A stretch of DNA of 64,000 nucleotides from an uncultured Verrucomicrobiota bacterium (GCA_964589735.1 CAZPUL010000002.1:8176-72175); one strand, 5' to 3'. Positions 39,573 to 48,413 are shown, numbered from the stretch's first letter. The notes: a model not told the origin generated them from the letters alone. Numbers and translations: made by a program.

Positions 39573-42179
39573 GTGAGCATGATTACGACTGAAGCGGGAA
39601 AGACGAATGGGGCGGGTGGAGCAGCGGCGGCGACGATTCCGGCGATGCCGCCGGGGGTGGAGCTGACGACTTTGCCGAACGGGCTGACGATCATTGTGCG
39701 GGAGGATCACAGCGCGCCGGTGGTGTCTGCTCAAGCATGGGCGAAGACGGGGAGCATCCATGAGGGGCGCTGGATGGGCGCGGGGCTTTCGCATGTGCTG
39801 GAGCATATGCTTTTCAAGGGCACGACATCGCGCACGGGCAGCCGGATCGATCAGGAGGTGCAGGAGGCGGGCGGTTACATGAACGCCTACACGTCGTTTG
39901 ATCGCACGGTGTATTGGATCAATGTGCCGAACACGGGCGGCAAGGTGGCCATCGATATCTTGTGCGATATCATGCAGAACGCGTCGCTGCCGCCGGATGA
40001 CTTGGCGAAGGAACTCGACGTGATCCGGCGCGAGATGGATATGGGGCAGGATGATCCGGGACGGCGGTCGGGTCGCAGACTGTTCGAGACGGCTTACACG
40101 AAGAGTCCGTACCGCTACCCCATCATCGGGTATCTCGACATTTTCAATGAGTTGAAGCCGGAGGATATCCGCGGCTATTACCACGAGCGGTACGCGCCGA
40201 ACAATGTGTTCTACGTGGTCGTCGGTGATGTGAACGCGGCGGAGGTGGTGGAGCAGATCAAGACGGCTTGGGAGAATTCCAAGGCGCGGCCGTTGGCGGA
40301 CTTCGTGTTGCCGGTGGAGCCGCGGCAGATCGCGGAACGCATCATCACGGAAGAGGCGACGGTGGAGCTGGTGCATTCGCACATGAGCTGGCATATCCCG
40401 GACTTGCGGCATGTGGATGTGCCTTTGCTGGATGTGCTGGGCACGGTGCTGGGAGCGGGGCGCAGTTCGCGGTTGTATCGTGAAGTGCGGCAGAAGCAGG
40501 CGGTGGTGAACCATGTGGATGCGTGGACGTATAGTCCGGGTGCGCCGGGGCTCTTCGGCATGAGCATCGTATGCGAGGGCGAGAAGCTGGAGAGGGCGCG
40601 CGCGGCAGTGCTGGAACAGCTTGAGCTGGTGAAGGAAAAGGGGATCACGGAAGCGGAGTTCGCGAAGGCGGTGAAGCAATTCACGGCGGCGACGCTGGCG
40701 ACGCGCAAGACGATGCAAGGACAGGCGCAGGACTTGGGTGGAAACTGGCTGGCGGCGAATGATCTGAATTTTTCAGAGCGTTATCTCGAGGCGGTGCGCA
40801 AGGCGACGCCGGCGGATCTCCAACGCGTGGCGAAGCAGTATCTCACGACGGAAAGCCGTACGATTTACTCGCTGGTGCCTACGGGTTTCGCACCGAAGGC
40901 GAGCAAGGCGGCGCAAGCCATCCAGACGGGTGCGATCCAGAAATTTGAGCTGTCGAACGGGATGAAGCTGCTGGTGAAGGAGGATCATCGGCTGCCGTTC
41001 GTGGAGTTTCGCGCGGTGTTCCAAGGTGGCGTGTTGGCGGAGACGGAGGAGAACAATGGCGTGACGCAATTGCTCGCGCGGATGCTCCTGCAAGGTACGC
41101 AGAAGCGGAACTCGGAGCAGATCGCGGAGGAGATCGAGTCCGTGGGCGGAAGCATTGATGCGTATGGCGGGAACAACAGCTTCGGCATCTCGGTGGAGAC
41201 GTTGAGCAGTGATTTCGATCTGGGCATGGAGGTGATGACGGATGTGATGTTGCATCCGGCTTTCCCGGCGGATGCGCTGGCGCGTGAGCGCGAGATGCAA
41301 CTGGCGGCGATCCGGTCGCGGCGCGACCAGCTCTTGCAGAGCTGCAGTTCGCTGATGCGGCGGACGTTGTTCGGCCCGAGCGGTTATGGCTTTGATGGCA
41401 CGGGCACGGAGGAGAGTGTGGCGCGATTGGATGAGGCGGCGTTGCGGAGCTTTTATCAGAAGGTCATCGCGCCGACGAATTGTGTGCTGGCGATCTATGG
41501 TGATGTGAAGGCCCCGGCGGTGCTGGCTGCGGTGGAGAAGATGCTGGGTGGTTGGAAGGATGCGACCACGGGACATTCGTTGGTGAATGCGCAGCCGAAG
41601 CCAGAGGCGAAGGAGTTGCGACATGTGTTCGAAGCGCGGGATAAGAAGCAGGCGGTGGTGGTGATCGGATTCCCGGGCACGACCTTGCGCGCGGATGACC
41701 GGTATGCGATCGAGCTGCTGGCGGAGGCGTGCAGTGATCTGGGGTCGAGATTGTTCATCCGCATCCGCGATCAACTGGGGCTGGCTTACTATGTAGGCGC
41801 GCAGAGTTTCCCGGGATTGGTGCCGGGCGGGTTCTGGTTCTACGTGGGTACGGCTCCGGAGAAGGTTCAGCTCGTGGAGGAAGAATTGCTGAAGGAAGCG
41901 GCCTTGCTGGTGAAGGACGGGCTGACGCCGGAAGAGCTGAAACGCGCGAAGGCGAAGATCATCGGGCAGAAGAAGATCGGGCGGCAGGAGCTGGGCGGTT
42001 ACGCACAGGCGACGGCGCTGGATGAGCTTTACGGACTGGGCTTCGCAAACAACGAGACGGAAGACCTGCATTACGAGGCGGTCACGGTGGAAGAAGTGAA
42101 GGCGGTGGCGGCGAAGTACTTGCGGCCGGAACAGGCGGTCGTTGCGGTTGTAGGACCGGAAGGGGATATCGCCGGGTGA
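39573..42179 (+). CDS. M16 (insulinase/pitrilysin) family peptidase, two-domain
   Basis: Zinc motif HVLEH in GLSHVLEHMLFKGT; second-domain 'GMKLLVKEDHRLPFVEFRAVFQGG'. Confidence 0.93.
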   Translation: MSMITTEAGKTNGAGGAAAATIPAMPPGVELTTLPNGLTIIVREDHSAPVVSAQAWAKTGSIHEGRWMGAGLSHVLEHMLFKGTTSRTGSRIDQEVQEAGGYMNAYTSFDRTVYWINVPNTGGKVAIDILCDIMQNASLPPDDLAKELDVIRREMDMGQDDPGRRSGRRLFETAYTKSPYRYPIIGYLDIFNELKPEDIRGYYHERYAPNNVFYVVVGDVNAAEVVEQIKTAWENSKARPLADFVLPVEPRQIAERIITEEATVELVHSHMSWHIPDLRHVDVPLLDVLGTVLGAGRSSRLYREVRQKQAVVNHVDAWTYSPGAPGLFGMSIVCEGEKLERARAAVLEQLELVKEKGITEAEFAKAVKQFTAATLATRKTMQGQAQDLGGNWLAANDLNFSERYLEAVRKATPADLQRVAKQYLTTESRTIYSLVPTGFAPKASKAAQAIQTGAIQKFELSNGMKLLVKEDHRLPFVEFRAVFQGGVLAETEENNGVTQLLARMLLQGTQKRNSEQIAEEIESVGGSIDAYGGNNSFGISVETLSSDFDLGMEVMTDVMLHPAFPADALAREREMQLAAIRSRRDQLLQSCSSLMRRTLFGPSGYGFDGTGTEESVARLDEAALRSFYQKVIAPTNCVLAIYGDVKAPAVLAAVEKMLGGWKDATTGHSLVNAQPKPEAKELRHVFEARDKKQAVVVIGFPGTTLRADDRYAIELLAEACSDLGSRLFIRIRDQLGLAYYVGAQSFPGLVPGGFWFYVGTAPEKVQLVEEELLKEAALLVKDGLTPEELKRAKAKIIGQKKIGRQELGGYAQATALDELYGLGFANNETEDLHYEAVTVEEVKAVAAKYLRPEQAVVAVVGPEGDIAG

Positions 42180-42238
42180 AAAATGTTTTCCCAAAAAGGG
42201 TCTTGATGCCGTTGGGTTCGTTCTGCTTAATCACGCGC

Positions 42239-42330
42239 GTCAGGGCCCATGGAATGCGGACTTACGAACCCCGCCAGGGCCGGAAGGCAGCAACGGTAGT
42301 TTGCTCTACATCTGCCGTGGTGTCCCTGAC
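42239..42330 (+). ncRNA. ffs: Signal recognition particle RNA, bacterial small type (4.5S)
   Basis: Outer GTCAGGG/CCCTGAC pairing and the signature GCGGACTTACGAACCCCGCCAGGGCCGGAAGGCAGCAACGGTAG; directly upstream of dnaX. Confidence 0.93.
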
Positions 42331-42349
42331 ACTTCCCCAAAAGCGTGAT

Positions 42350-42410
42350 TCGTTAAAAGGCGTTAAATGGTTAAAACGTTTTAACGATTCAACCGTTTCA
42401 CGATTTAACC
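42350..42410. repeat. Hairpin family E, copy 3
   Basis: CGTTAAATGGTTAAAACGTTTTAACGATTCAACC immediately 3' of ffs. Confidence 0.5.
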
Positions 42411-42468
42411 TCCCTTGTGAAAAACTTGGGCTCGTAATCCTTTCAGCGTAAACCATACTTTTCCCGTC

Positions 42469-44328
42469 ATGTCATATCAGGTCATAGCCCGGAAGTATCG
42501 TCCGCAAAAGTTTGAGGATGTGGTGGGGCAGGAGCATGTCTCGCAGACGCTGGCGAATGCCATCAAGGCGGGGCGCATCGCGCACGCGTATCTCTTCTGC
42601 GGTCCGCGCGGCACGGGCAAGACGACGATGGCGCGCATCTTCGCGAAGGCGCTGAATTGCACGGGCGGGCCGAAGGCGGATTTCGATGTGGCAGACCCGA
42701 AGTGTGTGGAGATCGCGGATGGGCGTTCGCTGGACGTGATCGAGATCGACGGTGCGAGCAACAACGGCGTGGAACAGGTGCGCGAGCTGCGCGATACGTG
42801 CCGCTTCGCCCCGGCTTCGAGCAAGTTCAAGATCTACATCATCGACGAGGTGCACATGCTCTCGACAGCGGCGTTCAACGCGTTGCTGAAGACGCTGGAA
42901 GAGCCGCCCGCGCATGTGAAGTTCCTTTTCGCCACGACGGACCCGGAGAAGGTTCTCCCGACGATCCTTTCGCGCTGCCAACGCTTTGACCTGCGGCGCA
43001 TACCGGCGAATCTCATCGTGAAACAGCTCGCGTTCATCGCGAAGGAAGAGGGTGTGGAGATCGATGACGGCGCGCTCTTCGCCATCGCGCGCGCGGCGGA
43101 TGGCGGGATGCGGGATGCGGAATCCACGCTGGACCAGCTCATCAGTTTTTGCGGGAACAAGATCGAGGAGGGCGACGTGCTCTCGATGTTCGGGCTCACG
43201 GCGCGGAGCCAGTTGCTGGCGCTCTCACAAGGGGTGCTCGCGGGTGAAGTGGATGGGGCGTTGCGCGAGCTAAATACGCTGGCGAAGAGCGGCAAAGACT
43301 TGGGACGTTTGCTAAGCGATTTGCTGAGCCATATCCGCAACTTGATGATTTTCCAAGTGTCATCGGGCGATCTTTCGTTGCTGGAAGTTTCCGAGGCGGA
43401 GGCGTCGATGCTGAAGGAGCAGTCCGGGCTGGTGAATGTGGACGCGCTCAGCCGCATCCTGGAAGTGCTGACGGATTGCGAGGGGCGGTTGCGCGAGGCG
43501 GTGTCGAAGAAGATTTTGATCGAGGTGGCGTTGCTGCGGGCCATCCAGGCGCGCAATGCGGTGAGCATTGATTCGGTGTTGAAGACCTTGGGGCAATTGC
43601 GCGGCAGTGGTGGTGGTAGCGCACCGGCGGCATCTGCTCCCGCGCCAGCCGTGGAACCGAAGGCGGCTCCGGCGCCGGCTGCGCGTCCGGCATTCACTTC
43701 CTTGAGAGAAGCGGCGGCTACGGTGCTCGCCGCACCGCCAGCGGCAACTCCGGCACCAGCACTGAAAGTGGAAGCGCCGAAACCCGTAGCGGTTCCGGCC
43801 CCGGCGCTCATGCCGATACCGGAAGAGGACAAGCCCGCACCTGTGGCGGCGGCTCCGGCAAAGGACCTTGGTCCGCTTTGGGAGCAGGTGGTGGAGGCGG
43901 TCTCGCGCGTCAGTCCGTTCACGCGGTCGTATCTGCTGGAGGCGCATCCGGTGTCCTTCGCGAACGGCGTGTTCATCATCGGGTATGATCCGGAGTTCTC
44001 GCATCATCTGAGTCTGGTGGACAACTCGAAGAACCACGCGTTGCTCCAGACCAAGTTCAAGGAACTGGGCCAGGGCGAAGTGCGCGTGAAGTTCATCGAA
44101 TCCGTGGAGCCGGAAGGCTGGCAACGGCGCACGGCCACGGTGCTTAATACGCCGGAACCGGCGAAAGCAGCGGCCACGGGCAATGGCGGTGCGGCCGCCG
44201 CGAAGTCCGACGAGAAGAAACCGAAGACCTCGGTGGAGCCGGTGCGGATTGAAGATTTCAAGAACGATCCCTTGATCAAGAAAGCCCTCGAGATCTTTAA
44301 GGGACAGATCGTGGATGTGAGGGCATAA
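42469..44328 (+). CDS. dnaX: DNA polymerase III subunit gamma/tau
   Basis: MSYQVIARKYRPQKFEDVVGQEHVSQTLANAI, GPRGTGKTT, SRCQRFDLRRI; Ala/Pro-rich linker and C-terminal domain. Confidence 0.97.
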   Translation: MSYQVIARKYRPQKFEDVVGQEHVSQTLANAIKAGRIAHAYLFCGPRGTGKTTMARIFAKALNCTGGPKADFDVADPKCVEIADGRSLDVIEIDGASNNGVEQVRELRDTCRFAPASSKFKIYIIDEVHMLSTAAFNALLKTLEEPPAHVKFLFATTDPEKVLPTILSRCQRFDLRRIPANLIVKQLAFIAKEEGVEIDDGALFAIARAADGGMRDAESTLDQLISFCGNKIEEGDVLSMFGLTARSQLLALSQGVLAGEVDGALRELNTLAKSGKDLGRLLSDLLSHIRNLMIFQVSSGDLSLLEVSEAEASMLKEQSGLVNVDALSRILEVLTDCEGRLREAVSKKILIEVALLRAIQARNAVSIDSVLKTLGQLRGSGGGSAPAASAPAPAVEPKAAPAPAARPAFTSLREAAATVLAAPPAATPAPALKVEAPKPVAVPAPALMPIPEEDKPAPVAAAPAKDLGPLWEQVVEAVSRVSPFTRSYLLEAHPVSFANGVFIIGYDPEFSHHLSLVDNSKNHALLQTKFKELGQGEVRVKFIESVEPEGWQRRTATVLNTPEPAKAAATGNGGAAAAKSDEKKPKTSVEPVRIEDFKNDPLIKKALEIFKGQIVDVRA

Positions 44329-44347
44329 TCATTTAACCCAATTTATT

Positions 44348-44659
44348 ATGTCGAGCATTGGCAAACTCATGAAACAGGCTGCGCGCATGCAGCAGCAGAT
44401 GGAACAAACCCAGGCGGCGCTCGCGGCCCGGACGGTCGAAGCCACGAGTGGTGGCGGTGCCGTGAAGGTGACGGCGCGGTGCGATGGCACGATCGCGGCG
44501 ATCAAGATCGACCCGCAGGCGTGCAATCCGGCGGATGCGCAATTGCTGGAAGACCTCGTGCTGACGGCGGCGAACAATGCACTGAACCAGGCGAAGGAGA
44601 TCTCCAACGCCGAGATGGGGAAGATCACGCAGGGGATGAGCCTGCCGGGGATGTTCTAG
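44348..44659 (+). CDS. ybaB: YbaB/EbfC family nucleoid-associated protein
   Basis: KLMKQAARMQQQMEQTQAALAARTVEATSGGGAVKVTARCDGTIAAIKIDP; located between dnaX and recR. Confidence 0.93.
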   Translation: MSSIGKLMKQAARMQQQMEQTQAALAARTVEATSGGGAVKVTARCDGTIAAIKIDPQACNPADAQLLEDLVLTAANNALNQAKEISNAEMGKITQGMSLPGMF

Positions 44660-44725
44660 AGATCATAGGGCAGAATTGGTCTCATACATTTAGTGAATGC
44701 TGTTTTACTTAGGTAAGATTCCTTT

Positions 44726-44766
44726 CCCCTCACCCCGACCCTCTCCCTTGGGGAGAGGGAGTTAAC
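44726..44766. repeat. CTCTCC hairpin repeat, copy 3
   Basis: CCCCTCACCCCGACCCTCTCCCTTGGGGAGAGGGAG. Confidence 0.7.
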
Positions 44767-44768
44767 AT

Positions 44769-45380
44769 TTGCCGCTCCTTATGGCTTCATTGCCGCCACC
44801 GCTGAATGAGCTGATCGCGTCGCTGAGCAAGCTGCCGGGCATCGGGCCGCGTTCGGCAGAGCGGCTGGCGCTGCATCTGGTGCAGGCTGATGTGGATGGT
44901 GTGAAACGGCTGGCGCAGGCACTGGTGCAGGCGCGGGAACGGGTGCAGAGCTGCAAGGTGTGCGGGGCGTTGACGGAGGAACAACCGTGCAACATCTGTT
45001 CCGATGACCGGCGCGATGGTTCGATCATTTGTGTGGTGGAGCGGGCGGTGGATATCTTGCCGTTCGAGAAATCGGGCGTGTTCAAGGGCAAGTATCATGT
45101 GCTGGGCGGGCGCATCTCGCCGTTGAACGGCGTGGGACCGGAAGATTTGCGGATCGCGGAACTGGAAGAGCGTGCTGGGGCGGAGGCGATCAAGGAAGTA
45201 ATCCTCGCGCTGGGCACGGATGTGGAAGGGGATGCGACGGGGAACTATCTCTCGAAACGGCTCGCGGCGAAGGGCGTGAAGGTGTCGAGGCTGGCGCAGG
45301 GCTTGCCGGTGGGGAGCGGGTTGGAATTTGCGGATGAACTGACGTTGTCGCGGGCGATGGAGGGGAGGCGAGAAGTATAA
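44769..45380 (+). CDS. recR: Recombination mediator RecR
   Basis: LSKLPGIGPRSAERLALHL, CKVCGALTEEQPCNICSDDRRD, YHVLGGRISPLNGVGPEDL. Confidence 0.96.
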   Translation: MPLLMASLPPPLNELIASLSKLPGIGPRSAERLALHLVQADVDGVKRLAQALVQARERVQSCKVCGALTEEQPCNICSDDRRDGSIICVVERAVDILPFEKSGVFKGKYHVLGGRISPLNGVGPEDLRIAELEERAGAEAIKEVILALGTDVEGDATGNYLSKRLAAKGVKVSRLAQGLPVGSGLEFADELTLSRAMEGRREV

Positions 45381-45385
45381 GGGAA

Positions 45386-45455
45386 ACGTCCAACATCGAA
45401 CTTCCAACGTCCAACATCGAAAGAGGAAAGTTAGAGCCTCGTGCCTCGGCTGGAA
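45386..45455. repeat. CATCGAAC + GAGCCTCG composite intergenic repeat, copy 2
   Basis: CGTCCAACATCGAACTTCCAACGTCCAACATCGAAAG...GTTAGAGCCTCGTGCCTCGGCTGG. Confidence 0.6.
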
Positions 45456-45543
45456 AAGGGCGGCGCGCTGAGGACAGCGACGCCCTACCATCAATAAAAT
45501 TTCGAGGACGACGACGAGAACGAGGACGATTACGAATTGAACC

Positions 45544-46152
45544 ATGAACAAACCATCCGTTGTTGTCTTTGATTTGGGGAAGGTGCTGCTGGATTTTGAT
45601 TATGGCATTATGACGCGGCAGTTGGAGCCGTTGTGCCGCATCAAGGGGACGGAACTGAAGCAGGTCATCGACCAGTCGCCGTTGCTGCATGAGTATGAGA
45701 CGGGGCTCATCAGCACGCCGGAGTTGTTCGAGGTGTTCGTGCAGCGGACGGGTTATGCGGGGAGTCTGGCGGAATTTGGGGCGGCCTTCGCGGACATTTT
45801 CACGGAGATTCCTGAGATGGTGGAGCTGCATGCGCGATTGCATCAGAGCGGGGTGCCGACGTTCATCTTTTCCAATACGAACGAGCTGGCGGTGGGGCAT
45901 GTGCGGCGGCAGTTTGGTTTCTTCGCGAACTTCACTGGTTACGTTTTTTCCCATGAGGTGCGGGCGATGAAGCCGGCAGCGAAGATCTACGAGGCGGTGG
46001 AGTCGATGACCGGCAAGCGCGGGGCGGAGATCCTTTACATCGATGACCGGAAGGAGAATGTGGAGGCGGGGGAAGCGCGCGGGTGGCATACGGTGTTTCA
46101 TCAGCACCCGCACGAGACGCGAAAGGTGGTGGCGGGGCATGGGCTGGTTTAA
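45544..46152 (+). CDS. HAD family hydrolase/phosphatase
   Basis: VVFDLGKVLLDFDYG, PTFIFSNTNELA and EILYIDDRKENVEAGEARG. Confidence 0.88.
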   Translation: MNKPSVVVFDLGKVLLDFDYGIMTRQLEPLCRIKGTELKQVIDQSPLLHEYETGLISTPELFEVFVQRTGYAGSLAEFGAAFADIFTEIPEMVELHARLHQSGVPTFIFSNTNELAVGHVRRQFGFFANFTGYVFSHEVRAMKPAAKIYEAVESMTGKRGAEILYIDDRKENVEAGEARGWHTVFHQHPHETRKVVAGHGLV

Positions 46153-46249
46153 CTGATCGGGGAATAAACCACGGAGACACTGAGAGCACGGAGCGGGAAG
46201 AGTTTTTGCCGCCGGGGCAGTCGTGGAACGCGTCCTTACCATGCGTGGG

Positions 46250-46585
46250 TTAGTGTGGCCGCATCTTGATTGAAGCCTGTTGCTTTTGCGTCTGTTCACA
46301 TTGGGCGCAGACATAGATGCGGGCTTTGGTTTGGCCGTGGAGGTTGAGGCTGGTGGCGGGGAGGCAATCGCCAGGGTGGGGGTATTGGGTCAGGCGACGT
46401 TTCCATTCGCCTTGTTGGGCTTCGGCTTTGCTCATGGGAATCATGCCGTAGGCGATGGGCACGGTGCGCTTGGTCATGGTGAGTTGGTGGACTTCGCAGG
46501 TGGCGGATTCTGTCTTGGTGTAATCGGGTGTGGTGTGGCAGGCGGTGAGGAGGAGGAGCGGGGCGAGGAATAAGATGCGGTGCAT
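46250..46585 (-). CDS. Small lipoprotein-like hypothetical
   Basis: Lipobox-like LLLLTACHTTPDYTKTES. Confidence 0.6.
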   Translation of the reverse strand: MHRILFLAPLLLLTACHTTPDYTKTESATCEVHQLTMTKRTVPIAYGMIPMSKAEAQQGEWKRRLTQYPHPGDCLPATSLNLHGQTKARIYVCAQCEQTQKQQASIKMRPH

Positions 46586-46660
46586 GAAGGTTGGACGGGA
46601 AAGGTTGGGGTTTGCTCTGGTGGAATAAACGAGAGTTTAAGGGTTAATGATGAGGGCGGT

Positions 46661-46755
46661 CGTCCGCCCCATCCGGGGCGGGGTGGCTGCATGGCGGTTT
46701 ACCACCAGTTCCCGTTGGTCACTGGTGGCTACTGGCGTTGGCCCCGTTCGGGGCC
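46661..46755. repeat. Three-hairpin intergenic module 'C', copy 1
   Basis: CGCCCC-ATC-CGGGGCG; CCACCAGT-n11-ACTGGTGG; GGCCCC-GTTC-GGGGCC. Confidence 0.7.
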
Positions 46756-46774
46756 ATGTGTGAGTGGAGCTTTT

Positions 46775-46833
46775 GCGGGAGATTGGCCTGATGGTGCTCA
46801 GGGGTATTGCTGCCGGCGAGACGCCGGCGCTCC
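46775..46833. repeat. Dispersed hairpin repeat R, copy 2 (uninterrupted)
   Basis: GCGGGAGATTGGCCTGATGGTGCTCAGGGGTATTGCTGCCGGCGAGACGCCGGCGCTCC. Confidence 0.7.
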
Positions 46834-46886
46834 GGGGAGCGGGTGGTTTGCTTGACCGAGGGTGGCGAGTGCATACTGTTTGGCGC

Positions 46887-47984
46887 ATGAAGTTCTCCGC
46901 CTGGTTCGCTGCGTTTGTTATGACGGTTCAGTTTGGTGGTCTGCTGGAGGGGGCGGATACGGCCAAGTCTGCATCGGCAGCTCCGAAGGTTTTGCCGATG
47001 GGGGTGTATCGTGGGGTGAATGAGACGGAGAAGGTGACGGCTTTCGGGCAGTGGACGGGGCAGCCGGTGTGGGGACAGGATTTCATCGGGTGGGAATCGT
47101 GGAGCAACGTCGGGTGGCCGATCTGGTGGCTGGAGAAGTGGAGCAAGTGGGTGCATGAACAGCCCGGGCGGCGGTTCGTGTTCGCGGTGCCGATGCTCAC
47201 CGGTCCCTTGGATGGCAGCGGTCCGAAGAAGGGAGACGTGGGGGTGGGTGAGCCGGTCTCGTTGGAGAAGGGGGCGGCCGGAGCTTATAATATTCACTAC
47301 CAACAGCTCGCGGAGAACCTGGTGAAGCACAAGCTGGCGGACACGATCTTGCGGCCGGGCTGGGAGTTCAACGGCAACTGGTATCCGTGGATGGCAAAGG
47401 GGAAGGAGGCGGCGTTCGCGGAGTATTGGCGGCAGATCGTGAAGACGATGCGGGCGGTGCCGGGCGCGGAGAAGTTGAAGTTTTGCTGGAATCCCACGTT
47501 GCGCCTGGAGCAGTTCCCGGCGGAGAAGGCGTGGCCGGGGGCGGAGTACGTGGATTACATCGGGCTGGATGTGTATGACGAGTCGTGGCAGGAGGGCAGC
47601 TATGCGTGGCCAGCGGGCACTCCGGCCGCGGAGATCGAGGCGCGGCAGCGCAAGGTGTGGGAGAAGGAGATCCTCAACGGCGATCATGGGCTGGCTTTCT
47701 GGAGCAAATTCGCACGCGAACAGAAACGGCCCTTGGCCATCTGCGAGTGGGGCGTGAAGAAGCGCCCAACGGGACATGGCGGGACGGACAATCCGCATTT
47801 CGTGGAGCAGATGCACCGGTTCATGAATGACGCGCAGAACAACGTGGCGTTTCACTGCTACTTCGATTTCAACTGCGAACCGCCGGACGGGCATCACCAG
47901 CTTTCACCAGGGGCGAAGGGCGAGTATGAGTTCCCGAAGTCATCGGTGAAGTTTTTGGAGCTGTTCGGGAAGAAGGGGAAATAA
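46887..47984 (+). CDS. Exported glycoside hydrolase family 26-like (beta-mannanase-like) protein
   Basis: LADTILRPGWEFNGNWYPWMAKGKEAAFAEYWRQIVKTMRAV and PLAICEWGVKKRP; start at 46887 gives a signal peptide. Confidence 0.78.
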   Translation: MKFSAWFAAFVMTVQFGGLLEGADTAKSASAAPKVLPMGVYRGVNETEKVTAFGQWTGQPVWGQDFIGWESWSNVGWPIWWLEKWSKWVHEQPGRRFVFAVPMLTGPLDGSGPKKGDVGVGEPVSLEKGAAGAYNIHYQQLAENLVKHKLADTILRPGWEFNGNWYPWMAKGKEAAFAEYWRQIVKTMRAVPGAEKLKFCWNPTLRLEQFPAEKAWPGAEYVDYIGLDVYDESWQEGSYAWPAGTPAAEIEARQRKVWEKEILNGDHGLAFWSKFAREQKRPLAICEWGVKKRPTGHGGTDNPHFVEQMHRFMNDAQNNVAFHCYFDFNCEPPDGHHQLSPGAKGEYEFPKSSVKFLELFGKKGK

Positions 47985-48054
47985 AGCTCAAAATCCCAAG
48001 TTCAAAGTTCAAAAGAAGTTCCAATTGGGGCAAGGGTTTTTTGGCGGAGGGCTT

Positions 48055-48293
48055 TTTGCGAAATTGATCTGATGGTGCTTAGAGCGGTTTTAAAAATGAG
48101 GTAGCGGAGTGGTGGGAGAGAAAAGGTAAGCGGTCTTTTTGGGTTCTGGCGTCGGTTCGGCTCAGTCACAGGGTCCATGGAACCTGCTCCTTCGCCAAAG
48201 CCTCGCCAGAACCCAAAAATCCGCGCTCCACTCCGCTACATCATTTTTAAAAACGCTCTAGGGGTGTTGCTGCCGGCGGGACGCCGGCGCTCC
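48055..48293. repeat. Dispersed hairpin repeat R, copy 3, interrupted by element alpha copy B
   Basis: Left part GCGAAATTGATCTGATGGTGCT, right part GGGGTGTTGCTGCCGGCGGGACGCCGGCGCTCC, separated by 48080-48260. Confidence 0.7.
48080..48260. mobile_element. MITE-like structured inverted-repeat element 'alpha', copy B
   Basis: TAGAGCG...CGCTCTA ends; arm TAGAGCGGTTTTAAAAATGAGGTAGCGGAGTGG vs reverse complement of right end TAGAGCGTTTTTAAAAATGATGTAGCGGAGTGG; perfect inner stem TTTTTGGGTTCTGGCG/CGCCAGAACCCAAAAA; ~50-nt core shared with copy A. Confidence 0.78.
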
Positions 48294-48319
48294 GTGGCGA
48301 TGGGATGATTTGTGAGCTT

Positions 48320-48413
48320 CGTCCGCCCCATTCGGGGCGGTGCATGGTTATCCGATTTACCACCAGTTCCCGTTGGTCACTGGTGGCTACTGGCGGTGGC
48401 CCCGTTCGGGGCC
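48320..48413. repeat. Three-hairpin intergenic module 'C', copy 2
   Basis: CGTCCGCCCCATTCGGGGCGG...TTTACCACCAGTTCCCGTTGGTCACTGGTGGCTACTGGCGGTGGCCCCGTTCGGGGCC. Confidence 0.7.

Noticed and set aside
40773-42194. 473-aa antisense ORF over the M16 peptidase
   Set aside because: His/Arg/Gln-rich composition typical of a GC-driven shadow frame; M16 motifs lie on the plus strand.
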